Shown here: positions 51,531-62,086 of the stretch, piece after piece
Position numbering within the stretch: position 1 is the first letter of the stretch
Layout: every line of letters begins with the position of its first letter
Assembly (NCBI GenBank): GCA_965215015.1
Contig: OZ244042.1
Span: 4,416,001-4,480,000, forward strand
From: Candidatus Poribacteria bacterium
Lineage (GTDB): Bacteria > Poribacteria > WGA-4E > PCPOR2b
Reading direction: 5' to 3'
Length of the DNA: 64,000 bases
Notes under the pieces: model-generated
The model's database searches: none
Seen by the model: only the letters and a program-made list of their open reading frames with translations
What the model was told of the DNA's origin: nothing
Translations under genes and position numbers: made by a program

Positions 51531-53048
51531 ATGAAAACCAAAAGAGGCATTTTCAGCGGTATGTTGATACTACTTGGCAGCCTACCTTGGTTGGCAGCCC
51601 TATCGTCGAATGGCGCACTTGTGTATGTTATCAACATACGAAATGAAATCGGGAATGGACTTCGCGTGTATATTGACAACGGGATTAAGCGGGCATCGGA
51701 TGCGGAGGCGGACGCGATTATTTTTGATGTTCACACACCCGGGGGTGCCGTTGGTGCCGCGCGAGATATTATTGATGCAATCCAGCGGACAGAGATTCCC
51801 ACAATCGCTTACGTCAACACGGAGGCAATCTCCGCTGGGGCAATGATTTCCTTATCGTGTGACCAGATTGTCATGAGGTATGGCGGCGCAATTGGGGATT
51901 CCGCTCCAGTTTCGATTCAAGGGGAAGAACTAAATGAAAAGGCAGTATCTTATATCCGTGGCAAGATTCGTGCTACAGCGGAACGGGGTGGCAGAAACCC
52001 TGATATCGCCGCTGCCATGGTAGACAAACGGCTCTATCTCGTCAGATTTATAGATGGCGAAATTATTACACTCAGGGAAGAAGAATATATCGAAAATAAA
52101 GAAGCTGGGGTGGAGATGGATATTATCGCCGCCGGGGGACCCGAGGGTGAATTACTGACTTTAACGACTGAAGAGGCGTTGGAGTATAATCTAGCAGATG
52201 GAGAAGCAGATTCCGTCGAAGATTTGTTGGGGTTGTATCAGATTGTCGAAGTTGATGGAAAACGCAAAGCCTTGACAGTAGCAGAGGTTGCACGAAAGCA
52301 GATAGAACTTGGCGATGATAGCGTAAAAGTGATTAAGTCACTAAAAAACGCGACACAGGAAACAGTTTTGGTAACTTTGGCAGACCGGTTTGTCTTTTTT
52401 ATTACTAGTCCCCTTATTAGTGCAACACTGCTTACATTGGGCGGGCTCGGATTATTCGTGGAAATTCGGACTCCCGGTTTCGGTTTTCCCGGTATTGCTG
52501 GGCTTATTTGTCTCGGACTGTTTTTTGGAGGACATAGGCTCCTAAATGTTAGCGCGGACTATGCAGCAATCGCATTCATCATCGGTGTAGCACTGCTTCT
52601 GATAGAGCTGTTTGTGATACCGGGGTTTGGTATTGCAGGTATCTCCGGCATTGTGCTGATGTTAGGCAGCGTCTTTTTCGTATTCCAAAACGCTTACAAA
52701 CTGGAAACAGCGGTTTTTGGACTGTCGTTCGCGATAATCCTTACCTTTGCCCTTGCAATTGCGCTTTCCTACATCGTGCCCAAAACCCGTACGTGGAACC
52801 ATCTTGTCTTGAGTGCCGCCATGGATTCAGGTATGGGATTTCACTCCGCACCACGAGAGGATTTTCAGGGGTACGTGGGTAAGACGGGGGTTGCCCTCAC
52901 GCCGTTGCGCCCTGCCGGTACTGTCCGTGTTGACGACAAACGGCTCGATGTTGTTACTGCCGGTGACTTTATCGTGCGCGAAACGCCTGTGAAAATCATC
53001 AATGTCGAAGGATCGAAAATCTTCGTCGAAGCAATTGATGAAGCGTAA
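51531..53048 (+). CDS. nfeD: Long NfeD (ClpP-class protease domain + TM + OB fold; YqeZ-like)
   Basis: TPGG, AISAGA.I, LLTLT, PGFG, TPLRPAG. Confidence 0.88.
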   Translation: MKTKRGIFSGMLILLGSLPWLAALSSNGALVYVINIRNEIGNGLRVYIDNGIKRASDAEADAIIFDVHTPGGAVGAARDIIDAIQRTEIPTIAYVNTEAISAGAMISLSCDQIVMRYGGAIGDSAPVSIQGEELNEKAVSYIRGKIRATAERGGRNPDIAAAMVDKRLYLVRFIDGEIITLREEEYIENKEAGVEMDIIAAGGPEGELLTLTTEEALEYNLADGEADSVEDLLGLYQIVEVDGKRKALTVAEVARKQIELGDDSVKVIKSLKNATQETVLVTLADRFVFFITSPLISATLLTLGGLGLFVEIRTPGFGFPGIAGLICLGLFFGGHRLLNVSADYAAIAFIIGVALLLIELFVIPGFGIAGISGIVLMLGSVFFVFQNAYKLETAVFGLSFAIILTFALAIALSYIVPKTRTWNHLVLSAAMDSGMGFHSAPREDFQGYVGKTGVALTPLRPAGTVRVDDKRLDVVTAGDFIVRETPVKIINVEGSKIFVEAIDEA

Positions 53049-53064
53049 GGTATTGCCTAATCCC

Positions 53065-53547
53065 ATGTCATGGTTTCTAATTTTCATCATCGGTCTAGGG
53101 GTTTTATTACTGTTCATTGAGATTGCTTTGCTACCCGGCTTTGGGGCAGCAGGTATCCCCGGCATAGTGTTAATCATCGCAGGTATAGGACTTGTGTGGG
53201 TGAAGTTTGGATTGAGAACTAGCTTGATTTATGGAAGTGCTACGATTGCGTTTACCATCCCTGTGGCAATTTTGGGACTTTGGCTTTTTCCACGGACACG
53301 GCTCGGAAGATCGTTTATCCTCGATACTGCTGCCAATCGTGCAGAGGGCTTCCAAGCACCGCCACAAGATTTAGTCAACCTGGTTGGCAAATCAGGTAAA
53401 TCGATCACTCCCTTACGCCCTGCCGGTACTGCGTTGATTAATGATCGGCGTGTTGATGTTGTGACACTTGGCGATTTCATTGAAGCCGAAGTTGAAGTTG
53501 AGGTCGTTCTCGTTGAAGGCAGTCGTGTCGTCGTTCGGAGTTTGTGA
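53065..53547 (+). CDS. Short NfeD (TM + OB fold)
   Basis: EI...PGFG, TPLRPAG, RVDVVT.G.FI. Confidence 0.85.
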   Translation: MSWFLIFIIGLGVLLLFIEIALLPGFGAAGIPGIVLIIAGIGLVWVKFGLRTSLIYGSATIAFTIPVAILGLWLFPRTRLGRSFILDTAANRAEGFQAPPQDLVNLVGKSGKSITPLRPAGTALINDRRVDVVTLGDFIEAEVEVEVVLVEGSRVVVRSL

Positions 53548-53594
53548 AAATAGATATGTGAGACCAAAAAACATATTACACAAGGAGGTCAAGA

Positions 53595-54497
53595 ATGGCA
53601 CCAGAACAGATGTCTCTCGTGTTTCTCGCTATCGTGATAATTATTGGGTTGTTAGTGCTTTTCTGGGTTGTGCCCGTTGGGTTGTGGATTGCTGCTATTT
53701 TTGCTGGCGTGCGTGTCCGCATTATCGAATTAATTGGTATGCGTCTCCGGCGGGTCAGTCCACCGGTGATTGTAAATGCACAGATTAGTGCCCATAAAGC
53801 AGGACTGACACTTGATATGGAGCGATTGGAAGCCCACTACCTCGCACGCGGAAACGTCATTCGCGTTGTCAATGCCTTGATTGCCGCCGACAAGGCAAAG
53901 ATTGATCTCAGTCTTCAACAGTCGACAGCGATTGATTTGGCTGGACGTGATGTACTTGATGCCGTTCAGGTCAGCGTTAATCCACGAGTTATTACCACAC
54001 CGAAGATTACGGCGGTCGCGCTTGATGGAGTTCAACTCATTGCTACAGTGCGGATTACCGTCAGAGCAAACATCAACCGACTTGTCGGGGGTGCCGGTGA
54101 GGAGACAATCATCGCACGGGTTGGCGAAGGAATCGTTAGTGCGATTGGTGCTTCAGAGACGTACGAGGACGTTTTGGAAAATCCCGATATCATCTCCCGA
54201 ACTGTATTGGATCGGGGACTGGATTCAGGAACAGCTTTTGATATTCTCTCCATTGATATTGCCGATGTGAATGTTGGGAAGAACATCGGAGCCGAGCTAC
54301 AAGCGGAACAAGCGGAGGCAGATCTTGTCGTTGCACAAGCGAAAGCGGAGGAACGCCGCGCTATGGCAGTTGCACGCAAACAGGAGATGACAGCAAAAGT
54401 GCAAGAGATGCGCTCTAGAGTTGTTGAAGCAGAAGCGAGCGTCCCCCGCGCAATTGCCGGCGCATTTCGAGACGGAAATCTAATTAGCCAGAATTAA
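53595..54497 (+). CDS. floA: Flotillin-like protein FloA (YqfA), copy 1 with short C-terminus
   Basis: [43 protein letters not shown]. Confidence 0.9.
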   Translation: MAPEQMSLVFLAIVIIIGLLVLFWVVPVGLWIAAIFAGVRVRIIELIGMRLRRVSPPVIVNAQISAHKAGLTLDMERLEAHYLARGNVIRVVNALIAADKAKIDLSLQQSTAIDLAGRDVLDAVQVSVNPRVITTPKITAVALDGVQLIATVRITVRANINRLVGGAGEETIIARVGEGIVSAIGASETYEDVLENPDIISRTVLDRGLDSGTAFDILSIDIADVNVGKNIGAELQAEQAEADLVVAQAKAEERRAMAVARKQEMTAKVQEMRSRVVEAEASVPRAIAGAFRDGNLISQN

Positions 54498-54551
54498 GGG
54501 TCGGTCCCGATAAATCGGGATTTACATTTCAACCCCAAAAGGAGATTTTAG

Positions 54552-55577
54552 ATGCCTATTCCATACGTTATTCCAGCGATTCTTGTAATTCTTTTTTTGC
54601 TTTGGTTGGCTTGGTTTGTACCGTTGGGACTCTGGATTGCTGCCCTTGCAGCAGGGGTACGCGTCCGAATTTTTGGCGATCTCGTCGCAATGCGTCTGCG
54701 CCGCGTTCCCCCTAAAGCAATAGTGGAGCCTCAAATTGAAGCGACAAAAGCCGGGCTGCGACTCAGAATTGATAACCTTGAGGCGCATTTTCTCGCCGGT
54801 GGCAATGTAACAGACGTTGTGCGGGCACTCATTGCTGCGGATAAGGCGAACATCAAGCTAGACTTTGCACAAGCTGCCGCAATTGATCTGGCAGGCAGAG
54901 ATGTGCTACAAGCCGTACAGATGAGTGTCAATCCACAGATTATTGATGTCCCTGCCAAGGGCGACGTTAGCCCCGGCATTACCGCTGTGGCACGCGACGG
55001 AATTCAACTGATTGCCAGAGCCAGAGTTACTGTGCGAGCCAACATTGATAGGCTCGTCGGGGGTGCAGGCGAAGCAACCGTCATCGCTAGAGTCGGTGAG
55101 GGGATTATTACAACGATTGGTTCGTCAGCGAGCCATAAAGCGGTCTTGGAAAATCCGGCGCAAATCTCGGAGGTTGTACTAGAAAAGGGTTTAGCGGCGG
55201 GTACTGCTTTTGAAATTCTGTCTATCGATATTGCAGACATTGACATCGGCGAAAATGTGGGTGCTAAGCTACAAACGGATCAAGCCGAGGCAGAGTTGAA
55301 AATCGCTCGTGCCAAGGCGGAAGAACGCCGCGCACTCGCGCAAGCGCAAGAAGAAGAAAATAAAGCGTTGGTCGAAGAGATGACCGTGAACCTTGTCGAG
55401 GCAGATGCCGAGGTCCCTCGCGCAATTGCAGATTCTTTCGCATCTGGCAGGATTAGTGTTATGGACTACTATAACCTGCGAAATGTGATTGCGGATACAG
55501 AAATGCGCCAATCAATTGCCTCCCCTATGGGTGATGGGGATACGACCCGTTCATCCCATGCGGTGGGTCTGTCGTAA
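54552..55577 (+). CDS. floA: Flotillin-like protein FloA (YqfA), copy 2
   Basis: Same motifs plus VMDYYNL.N..ADT.MR..I. Confidence 0.92.
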   Translation: MPIPYVIPAILVILFLLWLAWFVPLGLWIAALAAGVRVRIFGDLVAMRLRRVPPKAIVEPQIEATKAGLRLRIDNLEAHFLAGGNVTDVVRALIAADKANIKLDFAQAAAIDLAGRDVLQAVQMSVNPQIIDVPAKGDVSPGITAVARDGIQLIARARVTVRANIDRLVGGAGEATVIARVGEGIITTIGSSASHKAVLENPAQISEVVLEKGLAAGTAFEILSIDIADIDIGENVGAKLQTDQAEAELKIARAKAEERRALAQAQEEENKALVEEMTVNLVEADAEVPRAIADSFASGRISVMDYYNLRNVIADTEMRQSIASPMGDGDTTRSSHAVGLS

Positions 55578-55610
55578 GAAACCAGGGCGAATACCAACAG
55601 GAAAATACCA

Positions 55611-56006
55611 ATGGAAGAATGGATTAACCTGATTATTTTTATAATTTTTGGGGCGGTGGCACTGTTCTCAAGGATGTTGAGTCGGAGGGGCTCAAAGGAA
55701 GAGCCTGACGTTGTGCCGGAAGAGATAACTTTGCCGCCTTGGGGAAATTTGCCAATGGAGGAAGAGGCTCCGCCTCCTGAATTCATCGAGGAGGAAGCAC
55801 TTGCCGCGCCACCTGAGCCGACCCCCACCATTCAAGTTGCTTCAATACCCGACCCAGTAGAGGAGGAGACCCCAGCTCAATCTCCCGCTGACCGTACAAT
55901 GCCGACAATTGCAGGTATCCCACTGTCTCCCCAAACCTTTCGACAAGGGATTATTCTCGCCGAAATCCTGCGTCGTCCCAAATCGCTCCGGGAACCGCGT
56001 CAGTAG
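55611..56006 (+). CDS. Single-TM acidic/Pro-rich protein (YqfB-like position)
   Basis: N-terminal TM; C-terminal RQGIILAEIL..P motif; follows floA. Confidence 0.65.
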   Translation: MEEWINLIIFIIFGAVALFSRMLSRRGSKEEPDVVPEEITLPPWGNLPMEEEAPPPEFIEEEALAAPPEPTPTIQVASIPDPVEEETPAQSPADRTMPTIAGIPLSPQTFRQGIILAEILRRPKSLREPRQ

Positions 56007-56010
56007 ATTC

Positions 56011-56165
56011 ACCGAAGTTGCTAGTAGCAAGCATATTGCTTTGAATCTTGATTTTATCGGGACTCCGTAGGTCGGGCATCTTGCCCGACCCGCCCGGTTC
56101 AGTACTGGCAGGAAGTTTGTAAATCAAGATTCATGTCTCGACACCCAAATGTCAACGGAACCTAG
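56011..56165. repeat. Repeat mosaic between convergent genes
   Basis: Family C end ACCGAAGTTGCTAG, REP GTAGGTCGGGCATCTTGCCCGAC, and family B end ATGTCAACGGAACCTAG overlapping the neighbouring stop codon. Confidence 0.6.
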
Positions 56166-56923
56166 TCAGTGCACAGCACTTCCCATAAGGCGCGATAGTA
56201 GTTCATCATGCACACGGGATCGGAACTCCCCGGAATTTCAGCCAATGTGTAGCCTTCATATCCAGATACCTTCAACAGCGTGAAGAACTCACGCCACGGG
56301 TATTCCCGCCGATACAGCTCGTTGATGTGCACTAACTGAATCCACTCCTTGATTAGATTGAAATTACCTTTGACAGACCCATCTTCGACTTCCCCCGGAT
56401 TGGAATTCCAGCAGACAAACACGTTATCGTGATCAGCGATTTCCATGATCGTTCGGATGTGTGGGATGTGCGATGTTTCCCTGCCGTGTACCTCAAGGCG
56501 AATTTGAACTCGCAAATTTTTGGCAAACTCCCCGCACTCGCGCAGGGCTAACCCGATTTGCGTTAGCGTTTTTTCCACAGGGATACCTTCAGGGAGACCG
56601 TTGGGTCGAACCTTCACGCCGGGTGCCCCGACATCTGCTGCAAGTTGTGCATATTCTTTCGTCCCTTCGATATTGTGGCGTACTTCCTCAGCATCTGTTG
56701 AGTGATAGTCGAAAGCACTCCCCAAGCCCGCCAATTCAATCGGCGAATCCTCAAACTGCTTCCGTACTTCCTGACGCTCGTCTGCAGAAAGATTCACCTC
56801 AACGTTATGGGCGTGAGTGGTGCGGAGTTCAACACCTTGAAAGCCCGTCGCTGCACAATTTTCGATAATCGTTGGCACGTCCCAATCCTTTGCCATGTTA
56901 TACGTGACAAGCCCCAATTTCAT
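56162..56923 (-). CDS. Sugar phosphate isomerase/epimerase (xylose isomerase-like TIM barrel)
   Basis: G..GVELR, LEVH, VHI, GYEG...E. Confidence 0.82.
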   Translation of the reverse strand: MKLGLVTYNMAKDWDVPTIIENCAATGFQGVELRTTHAHNVEVNLSADERQEVRKQFEDSPIELAGLGSAFDYHSTDAEEVRHNIEGTKEYAQLAADVGAPGVKVRPNGLPEGIPVEKTLTQIGLALRECGEFAKNLRVQIRLEVHGRETSHIPHIRTIMEIADHDNVFVCWNSNPGEVEDGSVKGNFNLIKEWIQLVHINELYRREYPWREFFTLLKVSGYEGYTLAEIPGSSDPVCMMNYYRALWEVLCTD

Positions 56924-57235
56924 GGTATATCTCCTTCTCGGCCTCCCCTATGTAAGGCCCACTCCGATTCAGCCCAAGCATAGGCGTAGGGGTCAAACGG
57001 ATATCGTTTCATGCCATACCCCACGGCTTACAGGAGGAGAGGGAGTATAGCGCAATAGTTCTTCTGGTACAGGCTCAATATCGCCGTAGTACCAGTGGCT
57101 TCCGAAATAGCTACCCACAACAAATTAGACAGGCACCGGCGATAACTGACTTGGGAGTAAAGGTAAATTTCACAACGAAAACTCCCTTCTATGCACCTCG
57201 CCAAATCGTATTTTCTAAAGTGCCATCGCCTTGAC

Positions 57236-57256
57236 AAAAAAGCTGCTTCGGCAGCT
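57236..57256 (-). terminator. Intrinsic terminator
   Basis: AGCTGC-CGAA-GCAGCT followed by TTTTT. Confidence 0.65.
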
Positions 57257-57396
57257 GAGCAGCCCCCTTATCCTATCGGAAATGAGGGCAAATGGATATA
57301 CACCGTACACTATGATTGTTAGACTGGCACCTAACAATCATGAAGTAGTAGAGTGGGGACTCGGTTGCTTCGAGCCGAGCACTCGGAATACCACAA
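57236..57396 (-). ncRNA. Candidate structured small RNA or attenuator leader
   Basis: Lies between a consensus promoter and a GC hairpin + U6; contains nested stems; no ORF of 60 aa or more on this strand. Confidence 0.5.
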
Positions 57397-57402
57397 TTCT
57401 TT

Positions 57403-57431
57403 ATCTTAAATCATCTTGAAAAATATGTCAA
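57403..57431 (-). promoter_or_regulatory. Sigma70-type promoter
   Basis: TTGACA-17 bp-TAAGAT. Confidence 0.65.
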
Positions 57432-57769
57432 CAAAGGATGATGACTGCTATAAAAAAAGTGTAAAGCACCGAGAGAAACCGAAAGAGAGGTGAAAGTACC
57501 AATTTGGCCGGAGATGCTGCGGCTCTGTCTCACATTTCTCTGGGGTTACCCTGTTATCTATTCATTCGGGAAGGGGGCAGGCGGCACGAATCCATCTTCC
57601 GTGCTTCCAGTCTTGCAAATTTTGCTAAAACCTCTGTTTCTATTGCACGATTTCTTAACATAAGACAAACAAATTATGTTCTGATAACGGAAAACATTTG
57701 ATCTCGATTGGTTTTTATATTACAATACTTTTCATCAGATGCAAAGGCAAAAGAGAGGGTTGTAAACAG

Positions 57770-58858
57770 ATGGAAAGAAGATTTTATGATGAACTTGCCC
57801 AAGCAGGTTTACATGGGGAAATGCTCACCGACGAATTATGTCTGCATATATTAACTTCAGCCGCGGTTGAGCTCCTGCCGTTGCTTGATGCGGCCTATCA
57901 GGTGCGTAAAAAGTACACCGGCAAAGAAGTACAGCTACATATCATTAACAACGCCCAGAATGGCTACTGTCCTGAAGATTGTTATTATTGTGCACAGGCG
58001 AAGTCATCAAACGCGGAGATTGATGCCTACGCGATGAAGTCTGACACAGAAATGCTGGCTGAGGCGCAATCTGCTTATGAATCGGGTGCTTATCGCTATT
58101 GTATGGTCTTTGCAGGTCGAGGTCCATCAAAAAAGCGTGTTGAGCATCTTGCCCGATTGATTAGGAAAATAAAATCCCGCTACCCAATCCAAGTGTGCCT
58201 TAGTGTGGGTCTAGTCGATGATGAGAGTGCACAAACCCTCAAAGCGGCTGGGTTGGATAGACTTAATCACAATCTCAATACATCAGAAAGACACTATCCC
58301 AAAATCTGTACAACCCATACATATCAGGATCGACTGAACACATTGCACGCCGCACAAACGGCGGGTATTGAATTATGTGCTGGAATCATCGTTGGGATGG
58401 GAGAGGCGGAGAGGGATATGATAGAGGTTGCTAAGACTCTACGGGATTTAGGGGTTGAATCGATACCCGTCAATTTTTTGATTCCGATTCCGGGGAATGC
58501 CCTCTCAGAGGCACCGGATCTCAATCCGGAGTATTGTCTGCGTGTGCTGTGCCTGTATCGTTTCTTGAACCCAAAGGCGGAGATCCGAATCGCCGCAGGC
58601 AGGGAGGTGCACCTGCGAAGTATGGAGGTTATGGCACTGTATCCGGCAAATTCACTCTTTGTGGAGGGTTACTTGAATACGCGGGGAGCGTCGAGAAGAC
58701 AAACGTTACAAATGATCAAAGATGCAGGATTTACGATTAAAGCGGATCGTGCCTTGGAAGAGCTGTTGAAACAGGAAGATGAAGCCCAAAATCTACTGAC
58801 AATTGACGCCCCCAAAGCATTGCTGAAAGACGTTAAGGACCTGAGACCACAGATTTAA
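57770..58858 (+). CDS. bioB: Biotin synthase
   Basis: CPEDCYYCAQ, NHNLNTS, IPVNFL.P..G, IRIAAGRE, ANSLF. Confidence 0.95.
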   Translation: MERRFYDELAQAGLHGEMLTDELCLHILTSAAVELLPLLDAAYQVRKKYTGKEVQLHIINNAQNGYCPEDCYYCAQAKSSNAEIDAYAMKSDTEMLAEAQSAYESGAYRYCMVFAGRGPSKKRVEHLARLIRKIKSRYPIQVCLSVGLVDDESAQTLKAAGLDRLNHNLNTSERHYPKICTTHTYQDRLNTLHAAQTAGIELCAGIIVGMGEAERDMIEVAKTLRDLGVESIPVNFLIPIPGNALSEAPDLNPEYCLRVLCLYRFLNPKAEIRIAAGREVHLRSMEVMALYPANSLFVEGYLNTRGASRRQTLQMIKDAGFTIKADRALEELLKQEDEAQNLLTIDAPKALLKDVKDLRPQI

Positions 58859-58953
58859 CTTGAGGGAATATCCCCCGATGAGATCGGAGTTCACACCTAT
58901 GTTAGGGGATTGATACGCAATACTTCTCTATTAGGAATAAGGAGGATCGACCA

Positions 58954-59748
58954 ATGGTTAGATTATCTAATGAGGATATTCTGTTTTTTAAACGAGAAGG
59001 CTATCTGATTAAACGGAAAGTTCTGGATCCAGACCTGATGGCGCGGGCGAGAGATCGGTTGTGGGAAGGTGCACCGCCCTCTATCAACCGATATACCCCG
59101 GATACCTGGGTGGGCCCCATCAAAAAGGAAGAGGAATGTGAAGATACGATGAATCGGAAGGGCGGCTTCCGATGGAACTTCCGCGAACCGGGGGGCGAAG
59201 ATTGGATGATTCAGCTACTCGCCACGGACCCAAATGTGTGGGGGATGGCAGAGCAGCTTCTGGGCGAAGGAAATCTACAGATACCCGATCGGATCCGAGG
59301 AATCTACTGCACTCTCCCTTACGGTGCTGAGCCCGAAAAGCCGACCACCTGTCATGTGGATGGGCATCCTTTTCATCTAGGGGTTGTTGGATATATTGAC
59401 CACGTTCCCCCACGGGGCGGCGGATTTACAGTTTGGCCCAAAAGCCACCGGAAGTTCTATTACGAGTTTCACTCGCAATACAAGCATGAACGAACCGAGG
59501 GATACGATGACGTGCTAGGGTTGGTTAACCAGTGGGCCTATGTCGAATGTCACGGTGGACCGGGAGATATTGTCTTCTGGCATCACCGCATCGGTCATGC
59601 GGCGGGCCAAAATTTCTCCGAGCAGATTCGACAGGCGGTGCTATACGATTTCCGAAAAAAAGACCTGGAGCAGACGCAAGAGGAGCCACCGTGTGAGGAT
59701 ATGTGGCGGGATTGGCCCGGTATTCAAATGTTGAACGACGAGGATTGA
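58954..59748 (+). CDS. PhyH-family dioxygenase-like protein
   Basis: FKREGYL, HVD, GGGFTVWP.SH, GDIVFWH...GH. Confidence 0.82.
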   Translation: MVRLSNEDILFFKREGYLIKRKVLDPDLMARARDRLWEGAPPSINRYTPDTWVGPIKKEEECEDTMNRKGGFRWNFREPGGEDWMIQLLATDPNVWGMAEQLLGEGNLQIPDRIRGIYCTLPYGAEPEKPTTCHVDGHPFHLGVVGYIDHVPPRGGGFTVWPKSHRKFYYEFHSQYKHERTEGYDDVLGLVNQWAYVECHGGPGDIVFWHHRIGHAAGQNFSEQIRQAVLYDFRKKDLEQTQEEPPCEDMWRDWPGIQMLNDED

Positions 59749-59760
59749 TGAGGAGGAGAT

Positions 59761-60999
59761 ATGGACAAAATTAGACTTGGATTGGTAGGTTGTGGTGGTA
59801 TGGGGACACGACATCTCTACGGTTTGCGAGAGTTGACACAAACCCCATTCAACAACGTCGATCTGTGTGCCCTGTGTGACATTCGTCGCGAAAACGCTGA
59901 ACTCGCCGCCGCTGAAGCAGAGAAGCTGCTGGGGGTACGCCCGGCAATCTTTACCGATCTGGAAGAGATGGAGCGTCAGACCCCGGATCTCACCGCCGTA
60001 GATGTGGTAACAGATCCATCGGTACATCACACTGTCGTCTGTCAGGCACTGGACTTGGGGCTGCATGTGATGGTCGAGAAACCGATGGCAATTACAGTTG
60101 GGGCGTGTCAGAAAATGATTGACGCTGCCGAGCGGAACAACCGAAAGCTGTCGGTGGCAGAGAATTACCGACGTGACCCTTCGGCAAGGTTAGTCAACCA
60201 TCTTTTGAAAATAGGTGCAATTGGTACACCCTATATGGGGCTTTTCCACTCACTCGGCGCAGGCAATACGATTTTCATTACCCCGTGGCGACACCTCAAG
60301 GATAAGGGGGGACCCATCGTTGATATGGGGGTCCATATCGCGGATCAGATCCGTTATCAACTCGGAGACATCGCAGAAGTCTACGGCGATGTGCGGCTGG
60401 TCGAGCCGGTGAGGCGTAAGCCGGACAGCATTGGGGATACTTACACCTTCTACCAGAATCGGCATCGGGCGATGGATACTGAAGTTCCGGCGACAGCAGA
60501 GGACACCTCAATGGCGATATTCAAGATGGAGAGCGGTGTGACTGTGAACTGGTTAGTTAGCAGGGGCGGCACCGGCAGTTATGGTGGTGAACTCATTTTA
60601 GGCGATCAGGGATGCATCAACGGCTTTGGGGCGCGCGGCAGCCGGATCAGTATGAAACGGCGTGACGAGGAGGAAATGCGTCAGGAGGACCTCCTTGCCT
60701 CCGTGGACGGATTTGGTCTGGAACCCTTGGCGGAACATCTTTTTCCCAGTCGAATCACCGACAAGGATGGCAAAGTGGATTGGAAAATTATCGCTCTTGA
60801 GTATTATGAACTGGCTGAAGCTATTCTCAATGGACGAGAGATAGAGGTAGATGGGCTTGAAGGGATGAAGGATGTGGCAGCGATCTACGCCATATTTGAG
60901 TCAGCGAGGGCCGGGCGGGCAGTGAAAATGGGTGAGGTAGAGAGCTGCCAAGTTTACGACTATCAATCGGAAATTGACGAAGTGCTAGGGCTTCTGTGA
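59761..60999 (+). CDS. Gfo/Idh/MocA family oxidoreductase
   Basis: VGCGGMG, EKPM, DMGVH. Confidence 0.9.
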   Translation: MDKIRLGLVGCGGMGTRHLYGLRELTQTPFNNVDLCALCDIRRENAELAAAEAEKLLGVRPAIFTDLEEMERQTPDLTAVDVVTDPSVHHTVVCQALDLGLHVMVEKPMAITVGACQKMIDAAERNNRKLSVAENYRRDPSARLVNHLLKIGAIGTPYMGLFHSLGAGNTIFITPWRHLKDKGGPIVDMGVHIADQIRYQLGDIAEVYGDVRLVEPVRRKPDSIGDTYTFYQNRHRAMDTEVPATAEDTSMAIFKMESGVTVNWLVSRGGTGSYGGELILGDQGCINGFGARGSRISMKRRDEEEMRQEDLLASVDGFGLEPLAEHLFPSRITDKDGKVDWKIIALEYYELAEAILNGREIEVDGLEGMKDVAAIYAIFESARAGRAVKMGEVESCQVYDYQSEIDEVLGLL

Positions 61000-61009
61000 G
61001 GGAAAAAAT

Positions 61010-61990
61010 ATGGAGTATCGAAACATAGGAAAGACCGGCGTCACGGTGTCTAGTATCTGTCTGGGGACAGCGTTCCGCGGTCAGGCGGACGAAAAGACCT
61101 GCATACGGGTGATAGATCGGGCGATTGATCTCGGGTGCAATTTTATCGACACCGCTCTCTATGGTGGGGGCCGGTCGGAGATTATTGTGGGCAAGGCGAT
61201 AAGGGAGAAACGCGACGATATTGTGCTGTGCACCAAAGTCTTTGGGTCGCTTGGGGATAGCCCGAACCACACCGGCTTATCGCGCGTAAATCTGATGCGG
61301 GCGGTCGATGCGAGCCTCGATCGGCTTCAGACCGACCATATTGACCTTTATCTGCTCCACAGCTTTGACCCCAAAACCCCGCTCGAAGAAACCGTGCGTG
61401 CGTTGGACGATATGGTACGCACAGGAAAGGTGCGCTATGTGGGTTGCAGCAATTTCCGAGCGTGGAAAGTCATGGAAGCCCTCGGAATCAGTGCGCTTCA
61501 CAACTTGGAGCCGTTTGTCTGCATCCAAAACCAGTACAACCTGTTGAACCGTTGGGAAATCGAGCCGGACCTGATGCCGTTGTGCCGCGAGCGCGGCCTG
61601 GGAATTATGACCTTCAGTCCACTCGCCATTGGATTGTTGAGCGGGCACTTCCGTCGTGGGAAGGAGCCACCGGCGAACACCCCTTGGGGGAAAGGTCCTG
61701 AATGGGGCTTGAGTCCACATAAATACAACTTTGCAGAGGCAATGACCGAGAGAGTCGATAAGATTGTACAGACGTTAATTGACATCGGCTCAGAGCACGA
61801 TCGGACGCCCGCGCAGGTAGCAGTCGCGTGGATTTTAGACCATCCAGAGATTACCGCTCCAATTCACGGAGCAGACTTCCCTGAACATGTGGATGAGGTT
61901 TTCGGTTCGGCGGACTGGCGATTAACACCGGAGGCGCGGGAGGCCTTAGATGAGGTGTCAAAGGTCGAGGAGTTAAGGCGATACGCCTGA
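61010..61990 (+). CDS. Aldo/keto reductase
   Basis: IDTA.LYG, TKV, LQTDHIDLY, GCSN, QYNLL. Confidence 0.92.
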   Translation: MEYRNIGKTGVTVSSICLGTAFRGQADEKTCIRVIDRAIDLGCNFIDTALYGGGRSEIIVGKAIREKRDDIVLCTKVFGSLGDSPNHTGLSRVNLMRAVDASLDRLQTDHIDLYLLHSFDPKTPLEETVRALDDMVRTGKVRYVGCSNFRAWKVMEALGISALHNLEPFVCIQNQYNLLNRWEIEPDLMPLCRERGLGIMTFSPLAIGLLSGHFRRGKEPPANTPWGKGPEWGLSPHKYNFAEAMTERVDKIVQTLIDIGSEHDRTPAQVAVAWILDHPEITAPIHGADFPEHVDEVFGSADWRLTPEAREALDEVSKVEELRRYA

Positions 61991-62086
61991 GACTGGAAAT
62001 ATGCAAAACTCCTTTGAAGAAACGTCGTATGAAAATTCAGATTTCGGTTAATTGGGCGTGAACGAATATTACCGGAGGACAAATCT

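Noticed and set aside
57290-57335. Cobalamin riboswitch (AGGTGCC...CGGTG on the minus strand)
   Set aside because: Lacks the GGGAA and GCCACTG/GCAACTG core elements
57755-57770. BirA operator upstream of bioB
   Set aside because: Only a TTGTAAAC half-site; no properly spaced inverted partner
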